Position numbers and translations under genes: made by a program
Source: Alphaproteobacteria bacterium
GTDB taxonomy: Bacteria > Pseudomonadota > Alphaproteobacteria > GCA-2731375
DNA length: 48,962 bases
Direction: 5' to 3'
Assembly (NCBI GenBank): GCA_028824965.1
Contig: JAPKBD010000003.1
Coordinates: forward strand, 1 to 48,962
Part shown: positions 38,610-48,046 of the stretch, piece by piece
How the letters are laid out: every line of letters begins with the position of its first letter
How positions within the stretch are numbered: position 1 is the first letter of the stretch
Notes under the pieces: generated by a model
Told to the model about the DNA's origin: nothing
Seen by the model: only the letters and a program-made list of their open reading frames with translations
Databases searched by the model: none

Positions 38610-39437
38610 TCAGTTGCCGAATACGTCCTCGGCGCTGGGGGCTGCTTCCTCTGTCTCGGCGTCAGGCTCCGGCGTTTCGCCGAAGATATTGTCGGCAGAG
38701 GGTTCTACTGCTGGCTCCGGGGCAGGTTCCGGTGCTGGCTCAAGAACAGAGGCCGGCTCAAGAACCGCCGCTGGTGCCATTTCGGCCGCGGTGGCTTCCA
38801 GTTCGGCGTCCGCATCATCCGCTTGGGCTGAGGGCTGGCCGGCGGCTTCTGCCGCACTTAAGTTCGCAGCACGTTTTTTGGCCAGTTCCTTGTCTATCTT
38901 GGCTTGTTGTTTTTCCAACTTGGCCTGAGCCTTTTGCACGGCACCATCGAGATCAACCTGAGAGCTTAACCCCAGGGTCACCGGATCCTGCGGCGTGATG
39001 TTGGAGATATTCCAATGGGTCCGATCCCGCACAGCGGCGATGGTCTGCTTGGTGGTGCCCACCAGCTTGGAGACCTGGGCATCCGTCAATTCGGGATGAT
39101 ACCGCACCAACCATGCAATGGCGTTGGGGCGGTCCTGACGTCGGGATAGCGGCGTGTAACGAGGGCCCTTGCTGCGCCGTTGGGTCTCCCGCAGGCGGGC
39201 GTCAGAGCGGCGTAAACGTTGGGCGGCGTCAGAGGCACAACGATCGATTTCATCCTGGGTCAACTGGCCGGTCGCAATGGGATCCACAGCCTTGATCCCC
39301 ATAGCGACTTCGCCATCGGCTATGCCCTGTACTTCGAGGGCATGCAAATTACAAAATGTCGCGATCTGATCAAAGGTCAGCATGGTGTTGTCAACCAACC
39401 ACACGGCCGTTGCTTTGGGCATCAATACTTCGGTCAT
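38610..39437 (-). CDS. DUF1013 family protein with an acidic Pro/Glu/Ala-rich tail
   Basis: LMPKATAVWLVDNT, EVQGIADGEVA, RYTPLSRRQDRP, GTTK and DPVTLGL motifs; AGGAG SD before ATG 39437. Confidence 0.92.
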   Translation of the reverse strand: MTEVLMPKATAVWLVDNTMLTFDQIATFCNLHALEVQGIADGEVAMGIKAVDPIATGQLTQDEIDRCASDAAQRLRRSDARLRETQRRSKGPRYTPLSRRQDRPNAIAWLVRYHPELTDAQVSKLVGTTKQTIAAVRDRTHWNISNITPQDPVTLGLSSQVDLDGAVQKAQAKLEKQQAKIDKELAKKRAANLSAAEAAGQPSAQADDADAELEATAAEMAPAAVLEPASVLEPAPEPAPEPAVEPSADNIFGETPEPDAETEEAAPSAEDVFGN

Positions 39438-39702
39438 ACCTATGACTCCTGAATGCGGCGACCCGAATTCCTGCCACGCCATATAGCTGCGTTATTGTGG
39501 CGTTATTTTGGCGTTCTGTGGACCGGTCGCGCTCTTCGTAATAATTCAATTAACCTCTATATAACGTGCTGGCGCTATAGCGCAAATAACCAGTGCGAAA
39601 TACTGGCATAATTTGCGCTGCAGCTAGAACATTAAAATAGACGGAACAATCCTGGATCGGGCCTGGATCAGGCCAATAGGGCAGCCAATACGGCACCGGG
39701 GC

Positions 39703-40716
39703 CTAAACCGTCAAGACAATCTTGCCAATATGTTCGCTGCCTTCCATGCGGGTGTGGGCACCAGCGGCATCCGTTAAGGCAAATGACTGATCCATAACAG
39801 GGCGAACCGTGCCCTGTTCAAGCAAGGGCCAGACCTGTTCCCGCAGCTCATCCGCAATCACGGCCTTTTGTGCCACGGTACGCGGCCGCAGGGTCGAACC
39901 CGTGACCGTCAGGCGCTTCATCATGATCGGCAGGATGTTAAAGTCAGGCACTTTCGGGCCGTGCAAGGTGGCGATCTGCACCAAACGGCCTTCAACAGCC
40001 AAAGACGCAATGTTGGGAATAAAATAATCCCCGCCCACCATGTCCAGGATCAGGTCGACGCCTTCACCCCCCGTGACCTCCGCTATGACAGCGGCGAAAT
40101 CCTCATCACGATAATTGATCCCGCGTTCAGCCCCCAATTCCTCACAGGCCCGGCATTTTGCATCACTGCCAGCCGTCGCGAAAACCCGGGCGCCAAAGGC
40201 GCGAGCCAGCTGGATCGCCGTTGTGCCGATACCGGAGGAACCGCCATGGATCAGAATGCTTTCGCCACCCTGCAGGCCGCCCCGTTGAAAGACATTGGTC
40301 CAGACGGTAAAGAACGTCTCTGGCAGTGCTGCGGCCTCTGCCATGGAAAGGTTACCCGGCACCGGCAGACACAGAACCGATGGGGCGACGCAATATTCCG
40401 CATAGCCGCCACCCGCGACCAAGGCGCAAACTTTATCACCAACCGCAATGACATCGACACCGGGGCCAATAGCGACCACCTCACCCGCGACCTCCAGTCC
40501 CGGAATATCCGATGCACCGGGGGGCGGTGGATAATTCCCAGTCCGCTGCATAATGTCGGGACGATTGATCCCGGCTGCGGCAACCTTGATCAAAACCTCA
40601 CCATGGCCCGGCGTGGGCATCGGCCTGGTGCCAGGTTGCAGCCCTTCAGGCGGGCCAAAGGTCGCAATTTCAATAGCTGTCATAGATTTAGGCAAGGAGG
40701 CAGGCTGGGTGGTCAT
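39703..40716 (-). CDS. NAD(P)H-quinone oxidoreductase (PIG3/zeta-crystallin MDR family)
   Basis: [39 protein letters not shown] and HIGKIVL motifs. Confidence 0.94.
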   Translation of the reverse strand: MTTQPASLPKSMTAIEIATFGPPEGLQPGTRPMPTPGHGEVLIKVAAAGINRPDIMQRTGNYPPPPGASDIPGLEVAGEVVAIGPGVDVIAVGDKVCALVAGGGYAEYCVAPSVLCLPVPGNLSMAEAAALPETFFTVWTNVFQRGGLQGGESILIHGGSSGIGTTAIQLARAFGARVFATAGSDAKCRACEELGAERGINYRDEDFAAVIAEVTGGEGVDLILDMVGGDYFIPNIASLAVEGRLVQIATLHGPKVPDFNILPIMMKRLTVTGSTLRPRTVAQKAVIADELREQVWPLLEQGTVRPVMDQSFALTDAAGAHTRMEGSEHIGKIVLTV

Positions 40717-40794
40717 ATGTGTTCTCATTTGTTTGCAGATAGATCAAACTATTGGTCTAATATCATATCTGATACTTGGCAATGGCGCGAGGCT

Positions 40795-40980
40795 ATGATG
40801 GATACGGATGATCTGGAACCGCCAAAAATTTCGGCTGATAAGCCTGACCTGGAATTGATGTCCCTTGAACAGCTGGAAGACCGCATCCTGGCATTGGAGG
40901 GGGAAATCGCCCGAATGCACGTAGCCATCGCCGGCAAGCAGACCGCGCGCGGCGCTGCCGACGCGGTCTTCAAGGTTTAG
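40795..40980 (+). CDS. DUF1192 family small protein
   Basis: MMDTDDLEPP...DLELMSLEQLEDRILALEGEIAR...ARGAADAVFK with a GAGG SD. It is the 3' end of the spurious long ORF 39868..40980. Confidence 0.88.
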   Translation: MMDTDDLEPPKISADKPDLELMSLEQLEDRILALEGEIARMHVAIAGKQTARGAADAVFKV

Positions 40981-41004
40981 AGCGGAAAACCCCCTTCAGG
41001 CTTC

Positions 41005-42435
41005 CTAAGGCTTCTTTGTTGGACGGGGCGGCTTTGACCGCGGGACAGGCGGCGAATTGGGCTTCGCATCTACGGGTGTGACATCGATCGCAGGCCGTTC
41101 CTCGGGATCCGCCATTTCCGGCTGATCTTCCATTGATGCGGGCGTGGCCGATTGTTGTTCGTCACCAGTTTCCGCCCCAAGTTCGTCTTCATCCAAGTCG
41201 GGCTGCCCATTGGCATCCGGTTTCGCGGCTGGTTCCGCTTTCGGTTCCGGTTCGGGATTAGGCTCGGGTTTAGGCTCGGGCTCGGACTTTGGCGCAGCTT
41301 TTGGTTCCGGTGCCGGCGCTGCATCATCCAACGCTTTTCTCGACGGCTTTGCGGCCTCGGCCTTCTCCGTCCCCGGCTCCGGCTTTTGCCATTTCTTGCG
41401 CAAGGCAGCACAATGATCCTTGGCATCGGCGCGGGGCGTGAACCAAACATAATCGAACGGCATAACGGGAGCGGAAAAATTCTCCGCATAGTCGTCGGGG
41501 TCCAGAACGCCATCCTGGACTTCCACGAAGGCCACCGTCGTAACTTTAACATTCGGTTGATGGCGGATCAGAAACAGGGGCACACCGATGTCTTTGCGCA
41601 CATGGCCATCACCGGCGATAAGCAGTGCCCCATCATCAAGGCCGCCGGTCAGCATATGCTCGGCAAAGACGGCGTCTCTGGCGCGCTGAACATTAAACAA
41701 CGGCCCCAGGGCGGATTGGGGCATCAATTCGCAATGGCCGATATACAATTGGTCAATACTGCGCTGGCGAAGTTTTTTCGGGAAGGGTGCCAACAGCCCC
41801 AGGCGACGTCGGCGTCGGGCAAATTCAAATGAAGGCTTGCCCCGCGCTATCGAGCGAATAGCTGATTTTGACAAACTGGCCGCATACATGGGCAAATGCG
41901 CAGCCATTGCCTCGTGTGCGACCGGTTTGTATATGCTCCAGGCCGGCCAACCGCTGATATCCCAACCAAGAACAGCGCCCAAAGCGTCCGCATCCTTTGC
42001 GTAGCGCGCCCAGGACTCGTCCAGAATATACTGTTTGGATTCGGGGATCATCTCCCAAACGATCGAGGGCCGGCGACCAAGGGTTGCCAGCATTTTGATA
42101 AGGCGCGCCTGCAGAATGTGATGATCCGGGTTATCGTGCTTTTCCCCCAGCAGGATAAAGGCCGATCTGATCAAGACTTCCGCTAGCTCATCCTGCTCAA
42201 TAAATTGACCGCTGGAGGGGTGCCAGATACGGCCCACGAGGTGATGTTTTTGAAACAACGGTGATTGCCACACCGGCTTCTTGTCGGATAGCGCCGTCAG
42301 CGCCGCCACACTGGACAATGATAATGAGGTTGGTAATTTTTCTTCTACCCAGCCGCAACCGGCCAGCATTAGCAAAAACAGGATGCAGAGTACGCGAATG
42401 GGAACGAGAGTGGCAACGCGTGCAGAGGTTTTCAT
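41005..42435 (-). CDS. ChaN family (heme/iron uptake-type) lipoprotein with a long low-complexity tail
   Basis: Lipobox LAGC, LLGEKHDNPDHH, WEM, QRARD and IAGDGHVR motifs; Pro/Glu-rich C-terminus of about 125 aa. Confidence 0.82.
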   Translation of the reverse strand: MKTSARVATLVPIRVLCILFLLMLAGCGWVEEKLPTSLSLSSVAALTALSDKKPVWQSPLFQKHHLVGRIWHPSSGQFIEQDELAEVLIRSAFILLGEKHDNPDHHILQARLIKMLATLGRRPSIVWEMIPESKQYILDESWARYAKDADALGAVLGWDISGWPAWSIYKPVAHEAMAAHLPMYAASLSKSAIRSIARGKPSFEFARRRRRLGLLAPFPKKLRQRSIDQLYIGHCELMPQSALGPLFNVQRARDAVFAEHMLTGGLDDGALLIAGDGHVRKDIGVPLFLIRHQPNVKVTTVAFVEVQDGVLDPDDYAENFSAPVMPFDYVWFTPRADAKDHCAALRKKWQKPEPGTEKAEAAKPSRKALDDAAPAPEPKAAPKSEPEPKPEPNPEPEPKAEPAAKPDANGQPDLDEDELGAETGDEQQSATPASMEDQPEMADPEERPAIDVTPVDAKPNSPPVPRSKPPRPTKKP

Positions 42436-42587
42436 AGGCAGGGACACGCCCCAACAATTTTGGTTGCAGTCTTGTCTGGACGCAAGAATATGGGTGCGAA
42501 GCATTGCATGCGGACATTATCCCTCATCTGTCAAAATTCTCCAATCAATTGCCTTGCACATTTCCGCATAAAAAAATTAGCCATAAC

Positions 42588-42596
42588 TGCACGGCA
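42588..42596. promoter_or_regulatory. Possible PhaR/AniA-type operator (TGC-N3-GCA)
   Basis: TGCACGGCA, flanked by ATAA and TTAT, just upstream of the candidate sRNA. Confidence 0.35.
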
Positions 42597-42631
42597 TTAT
42601 CTTTTTATTAATACATCGTGGTTAATGTACA

Positions 42632-42737
42632 CGGTGATGACACACACACCCTGTCATCCATCGGATTGGATTATTCCAGTCTGTTGACGCCTCCCTGTTG
42701 ACTCGGAGCCGCCCCACATATGGGCGGCTCTTTTTTT
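42632..42737 (+). ncRNA. Candidate sRNA resembling the suhB/MmgR (alpha-r8) family
   Basis: Two hairpins (GATGACA/TGTCATC and GGATTGGA/TCCAGTCT), an unpaired CCTCCC anti-SD motif followed by TGTTGACT, then the terminator GAGCCGCCC/GGGCGGCTC-T7. Confidence 0.6.
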
Positions 42738-42855
42738 GTCTTGAGCCGGGCAAATATGCGATGGGCCATTGGCTATCGGCCCTGAAATCCGGGCCGTTTA
42801 AGTTTGGGGGCGGAATTTCCCGTTCCGAATTTATCATAACATATAGATTTCCCGC

Positions 42856-42869
42856 TTGACCTAGGTCAG
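42856..42869. promoter_or_regulatory. FNR/FixK-like palindromic box, or a -35 element
   Basis: TTGACCTAGGTCAG has a perfect inner palindrome (TGACCTAGGTCA) and one mismatch to TTGAY-N4-RTCAA. Confidence 0.45.
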
Positions 42870-42884
42870 TCAGGGAACATAGAG

Positions 42885-42971
42885 TCCCCTTCCTACAGAC
42901 GCGAGTCTGACAGGTTGAGGCAAAAAATAAAAAAAGCCCGGGGGGTCGTCGATAAGACGATCCCCCTTTTT
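42885..42971 (+). ncRNA. Candidate sRNA of unrecognised family
   Basis: CAGAC-GCGA-GTCTG hairpin, an A-rich linker AAAAAATAAAAAAA, and an 11-bp terminator GGGGGGTCGTC/GACGATCCCCC-T5. Confidence 0.5.
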
Positions 42972-43152
42972 GTGCGCCCCACAAAATATTCGAAAAGCAT
43001 TCGAAAAACATTCTGGCAAATTTCGGTTCAATATTCAGCTCTGCGTTCGCCCTCATGGAAAGCCTTTGGCGATCCGGGTGATCTGTTTCATTCTACGGCC
43101 AACCTGTGCCCTTGTTTGGGGACGACCAAAAACTTTGAAATTGGAGGACGGC

Positions 43153-44058
43153 ATGAAAGTTGGATTTGTTGGATTGGGTATTATGGGCGCACCCATGGCG
43201 GGGCATCTGCAAAAGGGCGGTCATGATCTTTTCCTCCACGATCTTGCGCCAGATTTACCCAAGTCTCTGCTCGATGCCGGTGCCATAGTCTGTGATAGCG
43301 GCAAGGCGGTGGCTGAGGCCGCCGATGTTGTCATCCTGATGGTACCTGATACGCCTGACGTGGAAGCCGCCCTTTTCGGCCCCAATGGTGTCGCGGAAGG
43401 TTTGCAGTCGGGGCAATTACTGATCGATATGAGCTCCATTTCCCCCACCGCCACGACGAAATTTGCCGCCCGGATCAATGACCTGGGCTGCCTCTACCTT
43501 GATGCCCCTGTATCGGGCGGTAGCATAGGGGCGATAAATGCCAAGCTGACGATCATGGTTGGTGGGCCGGAAACAGCATTTGAGCGCGCCATGCCGCTGT
43601 TTGAACTTATGGGCGGCACGGTGACCTTGATCGGCACCCGCAATGGCGACGGGCAGGTTTGCAAGGCCGCCAATCAAATCATCGTTGGCGTCACCGTTCA
43701 GGCGGTGGCAGAGGCATTGGTACTGGCGACCAAGGCCGGTGCCGACCCGGCCAAGGTACGTCAGGCATTGATGGGGGGTGCTGCGTCTTCGATAATCCTG
43801 GAAAATCATGGCGGCCGCATGTTGGATGGTAATTTTGAGCCGGGCTTCCGCGCCGAATTACAGCAAAAGGATCTAAATGTCGCACTCTCCGCCGCACGGG
43901 ATCTGGGCGTTGTCCTGCCTCTTGCTGCGACGGCGGAGAGCCTTTACAACGCCCTGAACGCACGCGGTAAGGCAAAAGCCGATCACAGCGCCGTGGTCAC
44001 GGTGTTGGAAGACCTCGCCAACGTCTCGGTCGGTCCACGGGACGGGAGTGCATCATGA
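43153..44058 (+). CDS. 2-hydroxy-3-oxopropionate (tartronate semialdehyde) reductase, GlxR/GarR-like
   Basis: GFVGLGIMG, MVPDTPDVE, DMSSISP, DAPVSGG, CKAANQ and QKDL motifs; GGAGG SD. Confidence 0.85.
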   Translation: MKVGFVGLGIMGAPMAGHLQKGGHDLFLHDLAPDLPKSLLDAGAIVCDSGKAVAEAADVVILMVPDTPDVEAALFGPNGVAEGLQSGQLLIDMSSISPTATTKFAARINDLGCLYLDAPVSGGSIGAINAKLTIMVGGPETAFERAMPLFELMGGTVTLIGTRNGDGQVCKAANQIIVGVTVQAVAEALVLATKAGADPAKVRQALMGGAASSIILENHGGRMLDGNFEPGFRAELQQKDLNVALSAARDLGVVLPLAATAESLYNALNARGKAKADHSAVVTVLEDLANVSVGPRDGSAS

Positions 44059-45755
44059 GCGAGGGGACAAAAAGCAATTCCATTCCCAATTCCATCACCG
44101 GTCGCAGTGCCTTTCTGGCCCTGTTAAAGGACGAAGGCGTCACCAAGCTGTTTGGCAATCCCGGCACCACGGAACTGCCCATCATGCACGCGATGACGGA
44201 ACAAACGGATATCGGCTATGTTCTTGGCCTACAGGAATCCATCGTTGTCGGCATGGCCGATGGCTATGCCAGGGCATCGGGCAAGATTGCCGCCGTCAAT
44301 GTGCATGTGGCACCGGGCCTGGGCAATGCCATGGGCGCCCTTTACACGGCGAATTTTTCCGGCTCCCCCCTGATCATCACCGCAGGTCAGCAGGAACAGG
44401 GCCACGGCTTGATGGAACCATTGCTGTATGCGCCCCTGGTGCCGATCGCAGCGCCAATGGTGAAGTGGGCGGTGGAGGTCACCCGGATAGAGGACCTGCC
44501 CCGCATCATGCGCCGTGCCGCCAAAGTGGCGCTGACACCGCCGACGGGCCCGGTATTTATTTCCCTGCCCGGCGATATCCTGAATATGGAAGCCGCCATT
44601 GATATGGGTGAGAGCACCCGCGTGAATACCGCCATGCGGCCATCCGATGCCGGGCTTGAACAACTAGCGGCCCGGTTGTTACAGGCGCAAAATCCGGTGA
44701 TCATCGCTGGGCATGAGATCATTGCCTCCGATGCGTTTGAGGAAGCCGACCAATTTGCTGAAATGCTGGGCGCGCCGGTCTATCAGCAAACGGTCAATGA
44801 CGGGGCGCATTTCCCATCAGAACATCCCGCCTTTATGGGCAGCCTGAACAGAGACCAGGAATATGTCCGTGGCAAACTGGCACCCCATGATCTGGTGATT
44901 TGCCTGGGCGCTGATTTGTTACGTATGTCGGTCTACAGCCCGGTCGATCCCTTGCCGAACGATCTGGCGGTTATCCAAATCGGCCAGCGGGATTGGGAGA
45001 TGGGCAAGAACCATCCGGTCGAGATGGCCTTGCGCGCTGACGTTAAGGAGACTGTAGCTGCGCTGCTGCCAGTTCTGGCAGCCCGTGGCGGCCAGAATTT
45101 GAAAGACCGCGCCCAAGCATCCATGGACGATCTGTCGACGCGGAACTGGACCGTGCAGCGGGCGCAAGCCAAGGCGGATGTCGCAAAAATGGCCGATGCC
45201 AGCCCGATAGACCGGGACTGGTTGATGTCGTCCTTGGTGGATTTACTGCCCCGTGATGGCATCGTTGTTGATGAGGGCCTCACCTCTGCCCGCAGCCTGT
45301 TGAAATTCCTGGCCATCCGGGACCGCTATAGCTATTTCGGCAACGCATCGGGCGGCATTGGTTGGGGCATCGCGGCCGCCCTGGGCATTCAAATCGCCCA
45401 TCCTGACCGCCGGGTTGTCGCCATCCTTGGGGATGGCAGTTCCATGTATTCCATTCAGGCATTGTGGACGGCGGCACATCTCAAATTGCCGATTACATTC
45501 GTGATCGCCAATAACGGCGGCTATCGCATCATCAAAGAGAGGCTGTTGGCCTTCCACGGCAACGATACGTTTATTGCTATGGACTTCAAAGATCCCAGCA
45601 TCGAATTTGCCGACTTGGCCCGTTCCCTCGGCGTGAAGGCGGAGCGTATTGAGACCGCCGGCGCGTTCGAGACAGCTTTTCAGGCCGCAGACAAAAGGGA
45701 TGGCCCGGTGTTGTTGGAAGTTATGGTTGATGGCGGCGAAACGAAACGGGACTAG
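44055..45755 (+). CDS. ThDP-dependent enzyme, benzoylformate decarboxylase (MdlC)-like
   Basis: FGNPGTTELP, LQE....MADGYA, HVAPGLGN and the GDGS...NN ThDP motif; ATGA overlap with the upstream gene. Confidence 0.88.
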   Translation: MSEGTKSNSIPNSITGRSAFLALLKDEGVTKLFGNPGTTELPIMHAMTEQTDIGYVLGLQESIVVGMADGYARASGKIAAVNVHVAPGLGNAMGALYTANFSGSPLIITAGQQEQGHGLMEPLLYAPLVPIAAPMVKWAVEVTRIEDLPRIMRRAAKVALTPPTGPVFISLPGDILNMEAAIDMGESTRVNTAMRPSDAGLEQLAARLLQAQNPVIIAGHEIIASDAFEEADQFAEMLGAPVYQQTVNDGAHFPSEHPAFMGSLNRDQEYVRGKLAPHDLVICLGADLLRMSVYSPVDPLPNDLAVIQIGQRDWEMGKNHPVEMALRADVKETVAALLPVLAARGGQNLKDRAQASMDDLSTRNWTVQRAQAKADVAKMADASPIDRDWLMSSLVDLLPRDGIVVDEGLTSARSLLKFLAIRDRYSYFGNASGGIGWGIAAALGIQIAHPDRRVVAILGDGSSMYSIQALWTAAHLKLPITFVIANNGGYRIIKERLLAFHGNDTFIAMDFKDPSIEFADLARSLGVKAERIETAGAFETAFQAADKRDGPVLLEVMVDGGETKRD

Positions 45756-46438
45756 CGGCCACCTTGTGCGCTGCTTTGATAGTCACGTGCGAAGCGCCGC
45801 GCCTTGGCGATTTCTGCGCGGGTTGGCTCAGCCGCTTTTGGTGTTTCGATCCGTCTGACGATGGATTTTTGCGGTTTGGGTACAAATGCGGGGCCGGTTC
45901 GGCCACTGGCCATGAAGAACCAGGCCCGCGAGCGGCGTAGATCACGGGGTATCATTCGGCCATCCCGGAAAGCTGCACCAAGGGCGTACTGGGCATCGAT
46001 ATTGCCTTGCACGGCTGCCCTGCGCCACCAATTCATCATATGATCTGTGTTTTGCTCCACGCCCACGCCGCGCATATACAAATTGCCAATCCAGAATTGC
46101 GCGATGCTGTGGCCTTGTTGGGCTGCCCGCTCGAACCAAGCGGCGGCCTCAACCGAATCCTGCCGCATCCCTCTACCAGTGGCTAAATAGGCAGCCAGTT
46201 GATGCTGTGCGCCCGAGGAACCTTGTTCGGCGCGAATACGTAAAATCGCCAAACGGTCGAATTCAGCTTGGCCTTGGCCCCGCCCCCGACCTTCTAGGGA
46301 CGCCAAAACGTCTATCGCCGGTTCAACCGCACCCGAAGGCCGATCAGCTAAACTCACACTGGGTCTGCTGACAGCTAAAACGGCTGTCATTACGATAGCG
46401 AATTGTATCGCCATACCTATACGCTTCAGCATAAACAT
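45752..46438 (-). CDS. Secreted SEL1-like repeat protein
   Basis: Signal-peptide-like N-terminus and three SEL1-type repeats (AQ..L...Y..G.G...D....W...AA.QG). Confidence 0.85.
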   Translation of the reverse strand: MFMLKRIGMAIQFAIVMTAVLAVSRPSVSLADRPSGAVEPAIDVLASLEGRGRGQGQAEFDRLAILRIRAEQGSSGAQHQLAAYLATGRGMRQDSVEAAAWFERAAQQGHSIAQFWIGNLYMRGVGVEQNTDHMMNWWRRAAVQGNIDAQYALGAAFRDGRMIPRDLRRSRAWFFMASGRTGPAFVPKPQKSIVRRIETPKAAEPTRAEIAKARRFARDYQSSAQGGR

Positions 46439-46568
46439 GCTGCGTACTTACCCTCGTGCCCTACTACTTCTCTCTATGAATGAGTTAAGGGCAAATTCAT
46501 TAAAAAAGGCTTATTTCTGCGCTGAATTCGTTTACGACCACGCGACCAACGCCCATCCCAGGCAATGA

Positions 46569-47987
46569 TCACCAGCCTGGTGGGTGCAATTTGTGCCAAT
46601 CGCTGGCCCGTTCATAGGCCGTGCCGGCTTGCACCAGCAAAGGTTCGCTGAGGGCGTGGCCAACAAATTGCAAAGACAACGGCAGGCCATCGTCAGACAA
46701 GCCACAGGGCAGAGAAATCGTTGGTAAACCAGCATAATCCATGGGTACGGTAAAGCGGGTTTGCCAGGGATCTCGGTCTTTGGGTACGGGGCCATAGGCC
46801 ACTTCAGGCGTCATTGGATAAGCTGCGCGCGCCGTTGAAGGGCAGGCCAGAACATCTACCTCTGCCATAGTTTGGCGCAAAGCACCCACGCAGGCAGCGC
46901 GCAGATTGTTCGCCTGGGCGTAATCGGCAGCGCTATGCCGGTGCCCCTGCTCCAGCCAGCCGCGGAACCAAGGGCCGTATTCGTCCGACCGGGCGGGATA
47001 GGTGGCCCGATGGGCGTCTGCCGCCTCCGCCGTGCACAATATGGTCCAGGCGGGCAGATATTCGCGCAAACGTTCCGGCATCGAAACTTCGATGATCTCG
47101 GCCCCTAAGCCAGCCATAACCTCGATCGCCGCAACAACTGCTGCAGCATAGTCAGGTGCCATGTCCTGGGTGGCATAGGCTTCATCCCAGCCGATGCGTA
47201 GACCTTTAACTTTTGCGTCCCGGGCGGCATCCAGGCCTGCCAGCATATCCGGCACCGGGGCAACAAGGGAGGTGGGATCCTCCGGGTCATGGCCCGCCAT
47301 GGCCTGCAATACAATGCCCGCATCCGCGCAGGAGCGTGTGAGAGGCCCCACATGATCAAGGGATTGCGCCAAATCCAACACACCATGGCGGCTGACCCGC
47401 CCCCAGGTTGGTTTCAGCCCCACAGTGCCGCAAACAGCCGCAGGATGCCGGATGGAGCCGCCGGTATCACTACCCAATGTGGCAAAGGCCAAACCAGCTG
47501 CCGTCGCAGCACCTGAGCCTGAGGAAGAAGCGCCGGACCAATGGCTTTCCTTCCAAGGGTTTTCCGGCACATCAAAGGCGGGATTATAGCCAGCCATGGC
47601 ACCCTCGGTCAGATTCAGCTTACCCAACAAAACAGCGCCCGCATCCCGCAATCGCTGCACCACAGTGGCATCATAGTCGGGGATATGATCGGCCAGCACC
47701 GCCAACCCACCCATGGTTCGGGTCCCTTTTGTAAAACAAAGGTCTTTCACCGCAATGGGAATACCATGCAGCGGGCCGCGATAGTTACCGACTGCAATCT
47801 CCGCCTCCGCCGCCTTTGCCTCCGCCAGGGCCTGGTCCGCCATCACCGTCGCATAGGATTTTAAACGTCCATCCAGCGCCTCTATCCGCGCCAACATCAC
47901 CTCCGTCAGCGCGACGGGCGACAGATCACCGGATTTGATCCGTACGGAGAGTTCAAGAATGGTCTGATAATGCAATTCGTCGCTCAT
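46569..47987 (-). CDS. Amidase signature family protein
   Basis: LHGIPIAVKD, GASSSGS, GSDTGGSIR and GLKPT motifs (Ser-cisSer-Lys triad). Start taken at ATG 47987. Confidence 0.93.
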   Translation of the reverse strand: MSDELHYQTILELSVRIKSGDLSPVALTEVMLARIEALDGRLKSYATVMADQALAEAKAAEAEIAVGNYRGPLHGIPIAVKDLCFTKGTRTMGGLAVLADHIPDYDATVVQRLRDAGAVLLGKLNLTEGAMAGYNPAFDVPENPWKESHWSGASSSGSGAATAAGLAFATLGSDTGGSIRHPAAVCGTVGLKPTWGRVSRHGVLDLAQSLDHVGPLTRSCADAGIVLQAMAGHDPEDPTSLVAPVPDMLAGLDAARDAKVKGLRIGWDEAYATQDMAPDYAAAVVAAIEVMAGLGAEIIEVSMPERLREYLPAWTILCTAEAADAHRATYPARSDEYGPWFRGWLEQGHRHSAADYAQANNLRAACVGALRQTMAEVDVLACPSTARAAYPMTPEVAYGPVPKDRDPWQTRFTVPMDYAGLPTISLPCGLSDDGLPLSLQFVGHALSEPLLVQAGTAYERASDWHKLHPPGW

Positions 47988-48046
47988 GGCTTGGCGCCTC
48001 ATTTTTTGTTGTTTGTTGCAAAGTCTCGATTTAGCAACGCACGCAT

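Noticed and set aside
36860-38610. attL/attR direct repeats or an integrase for the phage relic
   Set aside because: No shared repeat was seen by eye at the two flanks, and there is no recombinase or tRNA nearby.
39604-39616. Sigma54-like TGGCATAATTTGC
   Set aside because: The GG-to-GC spacing is 8 nt rather than the required 10.
39868-40794. 370-aa plus-strand ORF 39868..40980
   Set aside because: It is the antisense shadow of the quinone oxidoreductase gene; only the last 61 codons (DUF1192) look like a real gene.
42622-43056. 144-aa minus-strand ORF across the sRNA region
   Set aside because: It has no recognisable motifs and spans two plus-strand terminators and a poly-A tract; a non-coding explanation fits better.
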